The position numbers and the translations under genes are program-made. Below, in pieces: positions 8,531 through 15,967 of a stretch of 28,658 bases of DNA; positions within the stretch are counted from its first letter, which is position 1, and each line of letters starts with the position of its first letter. The stretch covers positions 1 through 28,658 of IMG/VR virus record IMGVR_UViG_3300039305_000010, one strand, 5' to 3'. The notes under the pieces are model-generated. The model saw nothing but the letters and a program-made list of their open reading frames with translations. It was not told the DNA's origin and did no database searches. Source of the DNA: a virus. Taxonomy: Duplodnaviria > Caudoviricetes.

Positions 8531-8668
8531 AGAAGCTTATTCGGATTTCGGTTGAGATTATAGAAGATCTTACCGTTCGCATCCTCTGCGACCGAAATAC
8601 CGACAGCGTATCGGGAGCCGCTCATCTTCATTGCTCTCTAGAAGTGGTGGAGCACTACCTGAACCCGT
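8518..8668 (-). pseudogene. orphan C-terminal tip of a second LPD3/BECR-like variant
   Basis: Reads VVLHHF*RAMKMSGSRYAVGISVAEDANGKIFYNLNRNPNKLLKKR*; same H-x-F...Y-x-V-x-I-x-V-x-E...G-x2-FY layout as the intact tip. Confidence 0.55.
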
Positions 8669-8674
8669 CCTTTA

Positions 8675-8783
8675 TTGACTCAGTCTCTCTTTTTGACTAT
8701 AAATCGCGTGGAGCCCGCGGGGGCCACGTGCCGGTTTTGTCCGGGCGTGGAAGCCGTAAACCCGGAACCGAAGCGGGCTCCAC
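8675..8783 (+). ncRNA. candidate sRNA module 1, antisense to the 3' end of the intact effector gene
   Basis: TTGACT(8675)-N17-TATAAA(8698, overlapping the gene's stop codon); perfect 11-bp stem GTGGAGCCCGC 8708-8718 / GCGGGCTCCAC 8773-8783; inner TCCGGG/CCCGGA. Confidence 0.65.
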
Positions 8784-10799
8784 CCTCACAGCTTCAATCG
8801 TGTAGAGCGGGTTGGGCTCATTGGGGCCGGTCGTTTCCTTGACCGTTAGTTTCACGTCCAGTCGACGCCCTTTGAACATCATCGGCGCGATATAGCGGTG
8901 CAGGGCCTTAATTGTCAGCTCCTCCCGGTTGTCGGGGTGCGTCTCGACCCGTCTAGCTATCGCGAAGAGTTGGTCCGCATTCGCCACGGCGGCCGCATGC
9001 TCCTCCGGCCCTATCGATTTTTCGAACGCCTTCGCGCTCGTCATCTTGCCCAGGCTTTTATTAGAGACCGTGCCGTCTAGATCTGTCCATTCGTTGCGGA
9101 TAGGACGGCCGACAAAGGCTTTTGCGGCAGTTCGCGCCTCGTTGAGCGTCGCTGCCCCGCGCTGCGGCACGATCGGCTCCATTTCGTCGGCGACACTGAG
9201 CCAAGCCTCCAAACCGTCCTCGCGCTTGCGCAGCGCCCGCGGGACGAGAGGCAAGACTTCCTCGCCTACACGTCCAAGCGAATAGCCGCCGGCGAACCCC
9301 AATCCCGCGCCGACAGCAGCGTTTGGCGCGCGCTGCAGAGGATTACCCTCACCAGCACCGAAGCCGGCCGCGAAACCCTCCGCTGCGCCGTACTTAGCGA
9401 ATTGTCCTGCGGTCCTTGCGCCGCCACCCACGGGAATAAGCAGACCCGAGGCAAGTTGGCCGCCGAACCGCGCTTCGAAGTGGTCGCGCTCGTCGGCCTG
9501 GAGGATGCTACGGTTTTCATCGATGTTGCTATTGAGCACGTCGAGGAACGGACGGTCAGAGGTCCAAATATTTTCCCGCCCGCTCGTCGCGCCAAGCGTG
9601 TCAGCAACCGCGCCCATTTCATCGAGCAAGTTGATGGGATCGCCAAACCCGCGAGCGGCCGCGCCGCCCGCACCGTCCGGGTTCTTGGGGATCTTTCGGA
9701 GCCTATAATCTGGGTCCTTGTTGACGCCCAGTCCCTTGGCCCGAGCCTCCACGATCGCGTCAGCATTGGCGAGTTCGTGGCCGAAGCTTTTCATCAGCGC
9801 TGTTAGCTGTTCGGGCGTTGACTTCAGATCAGTCGCCATGTCCAGATACCGCGCCAGTTGCTCAGGCTTCAGCTTGGAGGCGACGGTTTCAGGAAGCTCA
9901 TCATTGAAGGCAATGCCCGCAACGGGGCTACCGACCAGCCGCGCGCGACCGGCCCGGTCGAGACTTTCCTTCCCGGCTTCCGGCGCGATACGGGCGCCCT
10001 TGCCGCCCTTGTCGCGCCAGGCAATCGCCTGTCGCAGGTTGGCGGTGTTGCCGCGGTCGAATTGGATGCCGAGGCTGAAGGCCATTTTCAGCAGATCGCC
10101 GACCGAAGCGCCGTTGTCGAATGCCGCCTGTAGCTGCGCGTTCTTCGCAGGATCGACTTGGCTCCGATACGGTGCAGGAGGCTGGTTGGCCTGGCCGCCC
10201 AACGGTTGCTCCGCCACCGGCTGAGGTGTGCCTGCGTCCAGTGCGTCGGCAGCAATCCTACCTGGGCGGCCGGTACGAGCAATGCGGCGATTTGCCGCTG
10301 CCTCATCGGCGCGGATGCGAGCCGCAGTTGGATGAACCTGCGCCGCCCTGCTCGTGACGGTGTCGGGGCGAGAAGCGGCAGCCGTCCGCGCCGGATCGGC
10401 GACACTGGCAGGTGCGTCAATCCGGGGACTCTGCAAGCTGGCCTTCTGTCCGTAGGCTTTTGGTCCATTTGCCCGTAGCGTGAAGTCCTGAACCGACCTG
10501 TTGAGGTCGGATGAGCTCGCCTGGATGCCGATCGTCCGGGCATGGCGATCCGCTTCCGCTAGCGCTCCGAGAAGATCGATCGAGCCGATCTCCCCGCCGC
10601 TGTCGCCGAGCCGGTCCGCGCTGGGGCGCGTTGCGAAGAGGCCGCGAGGTTGGGGTGCAGACTGGAACAGGGAAATGCGCGCCGGGAGGCCATTGCGCGG
10701 CGTCTGCTGGCCTATGAAATCGTTCTGCCGGAGCCAATCCTCTATCGGGCTGCCCGGCCTGTCGTCGAGCATCTGCCCGACCGAATTGAAGAGACCCAT
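8697..10799 (-). CDS. ejection-type/polyvalent protein with C-terminal LPD3 (BECR-fold, putative RNase)-like domain
   Basis: 700 aa; low-complexity N-part, Gly/Ala hydrophobic mid-region (GAAEGFAAGFGAGEG); C-terminal VSNKSLGKMTS...HAAAVANADQLF...HRYIAP...VKLTVKE...LYTIE. Confidence 0.7.
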   Translation of the reverse strand: MGLFNSVGQMLDDRPGSPIEDWLRQNDFIGQQTPRNGLPARISLFQSAPQPRGLFATRPSADRLGDSGGEIGSIDLLGALAEADRHARTIGIQASSSDLNRSVQDFTLRANGPKAYGQKASLQSPRIDAPASVADPARTAAASRPDTVTSRAAQVHPTAARIRADEAAANRRIARTGRPGRIAADALDAGTPQPVAEQPLGGQANQPPAPYRSQVDPAKNAQLQAAFDNGASVGDLLKMAFSLGIQFDRGNTANLRQAIAWRDKGGKGARIAPEAGKESLDRAGRARLVGSPVAGIAFNDELPETVASKLKPEQLARYLDMATDLKSTPEQLTALMKSFGHELANADAIVEARAKGLGVNKDPDYRLRKIPKNPDGAGGAAARGFGDPINLLDEMGAVADTLGATSGRENIWTSDRPFLDVLNSNIDENRSILQADERDHFEARFGGQLASGLLIPVGGGARTAGQFAKYGAAEGFAAGFGAGEGNPLQRAPNAAVGAGLGFAGGYSLGRVGEEVLPLVPRALRKREDGLEAWLSVADEMEPIVPQRGAATLNEARTAAKAFVGRPIRNEWTDLDGTVSNKSLGKMTSAKAFEKSIGPEEHAAAVANADQLFAIARRVETHPDNREELTIKALHRYIAPMMFKGRRLDVKLTVKETTGPNEPNPLYTIEAVRVEPASVPGLRLPRPDKTGTWPPRAPRDL

Positions 10800-10843
10800 C
10801 TTACCCCCATAAATTAGAAACTCGTTCAGCCTCGGCCGGCCAT

Positions 10844-11007
10844 GTCAGCTTAGAAGATGAGCCCGCGGCACTTGCCGGTCAGAGTGTCAGAGGTGACCGC
10901 ATCCGACTCCCGATCAGCCTGAGGGCGCACGCGCCAGATAGCGTCCGATCAAGGAAGAGGTCGTGTCGTCGGAGCAAAGGCGGTCGGATGCTGAGAGCTA
11001 TTCTCAT
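10844..11007 (-). pseudogene. decayed 5' fragment of the gp10-like gene
   Basis: MRIALSI..SDDTTSSLIGRY..WRVRPQ..DAVTSDTLTGKCRGLIF*AD vs intact MRTALDIPPGLVSDDTTFSSTGRY...WRGRPQ...DAVTSDTVAGKCRGLLSWAD. Confidence 0.85.
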
Positions 11008-11036
11008 TCATCTTCCTGCTGGCTATCAGCCGATCG

Positions 11037-11681
11037 ATGAAGATCGCCATTTGCAGCCCGGTCTATTCCACCGTGACGATGAACTATGCTCACTCGCTGG
11101 TGACCATGGTGCACTGGACGGACCAGGCCGAGATTGTGTTCAACGGTAAACCGGCGCGCCCGGCGATCGAGGTCTTCATGGACCAGAGTTCGGTCCTGCC
11201 TCAGATCAGGAACCGCCTCGTCAGGTCGGCCGTGGAATGGGGCGCGAACTACCTGCTATGGATCGATTCCGACATATCATTCCCGAAGGAAAGCCTGCTC
11301 AGGCTCCTGTCGCTCAACCTGCCCGTGGTGGGTGTCAACTATCCGCGGCGTGGCCCAGGCATCCGCCCCACCGCCATCGGGCTGAACGGCCAGGATGTTT
11401 TCACCACTCAGCAGCTCGCCAACGCGCTTACCGTAGAGCCAGTGACGAGTCTCGGCCTCGGCCTCTGCCTCATCGACATGCGCGTCATTCACAAGCTCAA
11501 GGGCAAGCCATTCTTCGCGCTCGAGATGTTGGGTGATGATGGGACGGAGTTCAAAGGCGAGGATTACTTCTTCTTCGAGCGCATTCGAAAGGCAGGCTTC
11601 ACCATACACCTCGACCATCACCTATCGTGGGACATTGGCCATGTCGCGCAGCGCACACTCAAGAACTCGCATGGCGGTTGA
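11037..11681 (+). CDS. GT-A fold (GT2-like) glycosyltransferase, paralog 1
   Basis: MKIAICSP, RNRLV, LLWIDSD (DxD), GLGLCLI, GEDYFF, IGHV. Confidence 0.8.
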   Translation: MKIAICSPVYSTVTMNYAHSLVTMVHWTDQAEIVFNGKPARPAIEVFMDQSSVLPQIRNRLVRSAVEWGANYLLWIDSDISFPKESLLRLLSLNLPVVGVNYPRRGPGIRPTAIGLNGQDVFTTQQLANALTVEPVTSLGLGLCLIDMRVIHKLKGKPFFALEMLGDDGTEFKGEDYFFFERIRKAGFTIHLDHHLSWDIGHVAQRTLKNSHGG

Positions 11682-11699
11682 AATGACCGATATCGGCTT

Positions 11700-12389
11700 A
11701 TGAAGATCGCCATTTGCACGCCCTACTATGGAGACGTGACCCCTCAATATGCGCTGTCGCTCGCCAACCTCATCCTCTTCACCGGGCGGTGTCAGTTCGA
11801 GTTCAACGGCCATCCCGCAGTGCCTGAGATCAAGCCGTTCATGCGGACCAGCTCCCTCGTGCCGGAGGCCAGAACCTGGCTTGCCGATGATGCCTTGGAA
11901 TGGGGCGCAAACTACCTGCTGTGGATCGATTCCGACCATTCATTTCCTGAAGATGCGCTGGTCCGCCTTCTCTCTCACAATAGGGATATGATCGGGGCCA
12001 ACTACGCTCGCCGAACCCGCCCGTCTCTCCCCACCGCCCGTGATGATCGGGGCGGCCCGATATGGACAACCGAAGCGCAGGCGAAGGCCGGGGAAGTGCA
12101 GGAAGTGCATGACGTTGGACTTGGCTTCTGCCTCGTTTCAGTGCCCGTGATCCAGGCCCTCAAGGCGACCGGCAAGCCGCTGTTCGCGCTTGCCATGTCC
12201 CCGGATTATAAGCATTTCGTTGGAGAGGATTACTATTTCTGCGAACTGGTGCGGGGATCCGGGCGTAAGATTCATGTGGACCACGCCCTCTCCTGGGAGG
12301 TGGGGCATGTGTTCCGGTCAGAACTGTTCAACCGGGACGTGATTGCTGACCGCCTGTCCGGGCGGGGAGGCGATCCACTTCCAGCCTGA
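11700..12389 (+). CDS. GT-A fold (GT2-like) glycosyltransferase, paralog 2
   Basis: MKIAICTP, LLWIDSD, GLGFCLV, GEDYYF, VGHV. Confidence 0.8.
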   Translation: MKIAICTPYYGDVTPQYALSLANLILFTGRCQFEFNGHPAVPEIKPFMRTSSLVPEARTWLADDALEWGANYLLWIDSDHSFPEDALVRLLSHNRDMIGANYARRTRPSLPTARDDRGGPIWTTEAQAKAGEVQEVHDVGLGFCLVSVPVIQALKATGKPLFALAMSPDYKHFVGEDYYFCELVRGSGRKIHVDHALSWEVGHVFRSELFNRDVIADRLSGRGGDPLPA

Positions 12390-12460
12390 TCGTTCCACTG
12401 ACATCATCCTGCCCCGGTCCGTCCTGCCGGGTTTGACCTCCAAGCGGGGCGAGCTGCAAG

Positions 12461-13168
12461 CTATTGTGGAAGCGGATAAAAGCCGAGCCGGTTGAAGTTT
12501 TCTTCCGCATCGTAAACCGCTCCCGCCGATGTGTGCGGGTCAGGCGGCGGTGGCTTGCCCATTGCCTCGAAATGCTCTCGCCAATGTGAAACATAATAGA
12601 GTGTTTTACGTCCGGTCCAGGCGTGGGAGACGCCGTGAATGAGTACCGCGTTCAGCATGATCCGATCACAGATTGGGGAGACCTTGGGATCCATCATTGC
12701 CCAGATGGGCACGAGAAATGCTGCGCCCGCCGTGATGAAGAAGCAGCTTGTGTCGACATGTTTGCCGGCAGCTTCGTCAGGGTCGAACCGATCGAATAGC
12801 TCGCCTGTGGAGAGAACGATGTGCCGACTGCTGAATGCGACCTTACAGCCATTCTCGAGACAGCATGCGACAAGGCTTTCGACGTGATCCGGAGCATACC
12901 AATTGTCGGCGTCGAGATAGGCGATCGCGTCGAACCCTTGGTTCAGGGCAGAGATACCCCCGATACCGCGCGGTGTGTTGCCGAAATCGCGGTGAGAAAC
13001 CGGGAGGATGATGTGCTGTACATCCCAGGAGCTTAGCTCAGGCTGAGGATGGCCGTCGGCAACAAAGAAATGAGTGCAGGGATAGGTTTGCTCCAGGACG
13101 CTCGTGTGGCATTTCCGCAGCGTTTCCAGGTCCTCCCGATAATATGGGCTTATCACCGCCACCTTCAT
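12461..13168 (-). CDS. glycosyltransferase family 2 protein
   Basis: Likely start MKVAVISPYY (RBS GAGGA); SVLEQTYP, VADG, AYLDADN, VDTSCF. Confidence 0.85.
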   Translation of the reverse strand: MKVAVISPYYREDLETLRKCHTSVLEQTYPCTHFFVADGHPQPELSSWDVQHIILPVSHRDFGNTPRGIGGISALNQGFDAIAYLDADNWYAPDHVESLVACCLENGCKVAFSSRHIVLSTGELFDRFDPDEAAGKHVDTSCFFITAGAAFLVPIWAMMDPKVSPICDRIMLNAVLIHGVSHAWTGRKTLYYVSHWREHFEAMGKPPPPDPHTSAGAVYDAEENFNRLGFYPLPQ

Positions 13169-13392
13169 ATCGTCTGATCCTCGCGAACGGACAGCCTGTC
13201 GCCTCTGCGCCCCAGCCGAGCCGCCTAAAGCGCATGCCCAACTGATCATAACGAATCCATCGCTTTTCCGAAGACATTCCCAGAAGAACAAGGCGCTGAC
13301 GATGCCCCTTCCTAGCGCGGAGGGCGATCACCTGCCCTTCCTCAAATCGGCCGGCCGGGCTATCCCGCTGGGAGATATCCTGGAGATCCGAA

Positions 13393-14145
13393 TTGCACTT
13401 GTTCGTAAGCGTTCCCAGCCACGGCGGAACCGTGGTGACTGAGACCGCCCTTACTATGGTCACCATCCAAGCGATCGCATTGGGTTGGGGTTGGACCGTC
13501 ACCTTCAACACGGCCTCCAGCGCCGTAATCTCCGAGGTTCGAAACGCTATCGTCGGCCATTTCCTGAAGTCTGGAGCTGACCGCCTCTTGATGCTCGATG
13601 CGGATCAGTCGCTCGCGCCGGAGAGCATTGAGAGAATGCTTGGACTGGACAAGCCGGTGGTCGGCTGCATCTATCCAAAGCGGAGGCTCCAATGGTCCGA
13701 AGTGAACCTGAAGACCGCAACCAATATCGACGATATTCTCTATCAGGCTTCCGATTATGTGGGGAGGCTGGAGTTTAGTCCCCAAGGCACGACGGAAGTG
13801 GTGAACGGGTTTGGCAAGGCCCTGCATGTCGGAACAGGGATTTTGCTGATCAGGCGTGAAGCCTTCGAAGCGATGATGGAAGCCTTTCCCGATCTAAGGA
13901 ACCGAGGCTTTCACGATGATATGTTCCCGGGACTTGATGGGCTCAATTGGGGCTTCTTCAACCACATCGAGGTGGACGGTGAGTGCTCGTTGTCCGAAGA
14001 TGTCTCGTTTTGCAGGCGCTGGCGCTCACTCGGCGGAGAGATTTGGGCGGACGTCACCAGCAACTCAACGCATACCGGCGCTTACCATTATCGTGGCAAC
14101 TATCTCGATCATCTGAAAGCGAAAGGCGCCATCAACCCCGTTTGA
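13393..14145 (+). CDS. GT-A fold glycosyltransferase-like protein, paralog 3 (more distant)
   Basis: TTG start with GGAG; RNAIVGHFL, LMLDAD, GTGILLIRR, LSEDVSFCRRW, HTG. Confidence 0.8.
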   Translation: MHLFVSVPSHGGTVVTETALTMVTIQAIALGWGWTVTFNTASSAVISEVRNAIVGHFLKSGADRLLMLDADQSLAPESIERMLGLDKPVVGCIYPKRRLQWSEVNLKTATNIDDILYQASDYVGRLEFSPQGTTEVVNGFGKALHVGTGILLIRREAFEAMMEAFPDLRNRGFHDDMFPGLDGLNWGFFNHIEVDGECSLSEDVSFCRRWRSLGGEIWADVTSNSTHTGAYHYRGNYLDHLKAKGAINPV

Positions 14146-14261
14146 TCGGTGCGTGCGGCCACACCCATCACACCGCCGATCTTCTGCGCCTTGGCGGCCG
14201 CGAGGTCATAGGGAGGCTCGGGCACCTAGCTCGCCATAACGTCTCCAATATGGGTGGCCAT
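14146..14261 (-). pseudogene. remnant 5' end of a tail-fibre assembly/chaperone-like gene
   Basis: RBS GGAGAGG then MATHIGDVMAS*VPEPPYDLAAAKAQKIGGV; PP-x-DLAAAKAxKI is typical of tail assembly proteins. Confidence 0.35.
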
Positions 14262-14290
14262 CGGACGCCCTCTCCGGTTATCGCTGAGGA

Positions 14291-14975
14291 ATGAAAATAG
14301 CCATTTGCACGCCTCATTATGCCGATGTGAGCGCGAGGTTTGCCTACTGCCTTGCCAAGATGATGGTTCGGACGGTGCAGGCTCCGATCATGTTCAACGA
14401 TCAGGTTACGGTGCCGCAGATGGATATCTTCATGCGCAGCTCCTCAACACTGCCGACGCTCCGGAACATGCTAGTCAAAGACGCCCAACACTGGGATGCA
14501 AACTATCTCTTATGGGTCGATGCTGATCACGACTTTCCCGAAAGAAGCGCTGCTGCGGCTGCTTTCCCTGAATCTCCGCGTTGTGGGCGTGAACTATCCG
14601 CGCCGCACCTCGCCCACCATCCCCACTGCCACAACGCTCGACAACGAGGTTCTTTGGACCACCGAAGAAATGGCGAGGAACCTTGAGATAACCGAGGTGA
14701 GCCATATAGGGCTCGGCCTCTGCCTGATGGACATGACCATCTTGAACGAAATACCCGACCTGTGGCCGCTATTTGCCTACGAAACACTGCCCGGCAAAAT
14801 TGAGGGCGTCGGGGAGGACATCTACTTCTTCCGCAAGCTGCACGCGGCCGGCATTCCCGTCCACGTCGATCACGCGCTTTCGTGGACGATCGGCCATGTC
14901 CACCAGCAACTGCTCACCAACGAGCACGCATGGCAGCAGCGAGACGCCTATATGGCCTCTCGATCGAATCGATGA
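14291..14975 (+). pseudogene. GT-A fold glycosyltransferase paralog 4, split by a one-base insertion (or sequencing error)
   Basis: ORFs 14291-14686 and 14496-14975 join into a 227-aa paralog of 11037-11681 if one C is removed at TTTCCCG (14537-14539). Confidence 0.8.
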
Positions 14976-15011
14976 TTCCCAAAGCCGGGGGGTGGAATCG
15001 GACTGAGGTGA

Positions 15012-15053
15012 CGACGAGATACGGCCGGGCGGGATGTCGAGAGCTATTCTCAT
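15012..15053 (-). pseudogene. second, shorter 5' fragment of the gp10-like gene
   Basis: MRIALDIPPGRIS; shares exact 17-mer GAGAGCTATTCTCATTC with 10993-11009. Confidence 0.75.
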
Positions 15054-15079
15054 TCCGCCTCGCGCTCTAAGAAGCTTGA

Positions 15080-15967
15080 ATGCAGCGCAGTCTCGTTCCG
15101 TTTGCCGATGGTTGGGAAGCTCATCAGAACCGCCATTGCATCTGGGTGGTAAGCCCCGAGGGTTATGATCACCGGACATTCGATGAAGTGGCGGATGCGC
15201 TGGAAGATGCGTTCCGCGAATTGGGCGGGTCTGCTCCGATCGTTCGCAATCCGGAGGAATGGAATGGCCGGATTCCCATCGTCTTGGGAGCGAACCTTCT
15301 CTGGCGCCTGGGCTACCCGCCAATGCCCCCCAACAGCATCATCTTCAATTTGGAGCAGATGATTGAAGGTAGCGTCTGGATGAGCGACCGCTACCTTCCC
15401 GCGCTTCAGCAATTCCCGGTGCTGGATTTCAGCAAGCAGAACCTCGCCTCCCTGCATGGGCTCGGCATAAGGCACGCACGCCTGCTCGAAATCGGCTACT
15501 CTCCGGCGCTTGCGAAAATTCCAATTTCGCTGGAGAAGCCTTACGACGTTATCTTCTACGGCTCCGTAAACGACAGGCGGCAGCGCATCATTGATGAGCT
15601 GGTTGCGCGCGGAATGATCACAGCCTCACTTCGAGGCATCTATGGACCCGATCGAGACCTCCACATTGGCCGGGCCAAGCTGGTCGTCAACATCCACTAT
15701 TATGAGCAAAGCGCGTTCGAGGTGGTTCGCGTTTCCTATCTGGTGGCGAACAAAATCCCTGTTCTTTCAGAACGGCGGCCGGACGAAACAGACGGTGAGT
15801 GGGCAGGCGTTGAGTATGCCTCCTATGATCAACTGGTCGAGCGTTGCATCGCCCTGGTTGATGATGACCGGTGGCGAGAGCGGCTTGCCGAAGATGGCTT
15901 CCGCCACTTTTCCGAGCGCCGACAAGCCGATCTTTTGAGAACGTGCATAGCGGAGTCGCAGTTCTAG
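15080..15967 (+). CDS. GT-B-like glycosyltransferase
   Basis: 295 aa; IIFNLEQ, DVIFYGSVNDRR, AKLVVNIHYY, FEVVRVSYLVAN, VLSE. Confidence 0.75.
   Translation: MQRSLVPFADGWEAHQNRHCIWVVSPEGYDHRTFDEVADALEDAFRELGGSAPIVRNPEEWNGRIPIVLGANLLWRLGYPPMPPNSIIFNLEQMIEGSVWMSDRYLPALQQFPVLDFSKQNLASLHGLGIRHARLLEIGYSPALAKIPISLEKPYDVIFYGSVNDRRQRIIDELVARGMITASLRGIYGPDRDLHIGRAKLVVNIHYYEQSAFEVVRVSYLVANKIPVLSERRPDETDGEWAGVEYASYDQLVERCIALVDDDRWRERLAEDGFRHFSERRQADLLRTCIAESQF

Noticed and set aside
7483-8783. CRISPR array or integron attC cassette array
   Set aside because: No identical regularly spaced repeats, no GTTRRRY/RYYYAAC cores bounding the hairpins, and no cas or integrase gene in the window.
7532-8783. Hairpins are only minus-strand transcription terminators
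   Set aside because: No U-tracts follow them on the minus strand; stems enclose about 25-70 nt structured interiors; T-runs, the UUCG loop and the promoters are on the + strand. Not fully excluded.
8190-8965. DGR template/variable repeat pair
   Set aside because: Differences are not adenine-specific (mostly synonymous changes of all types plus indels), and no reverse transcriptase is in the window.
13300-13360. Remnant of an alternative tail-fibre C-terminus (AGRFEEGQVIALRARKG)
   Set aside because: Similarity is limited to the terminal RKG; too short to support.
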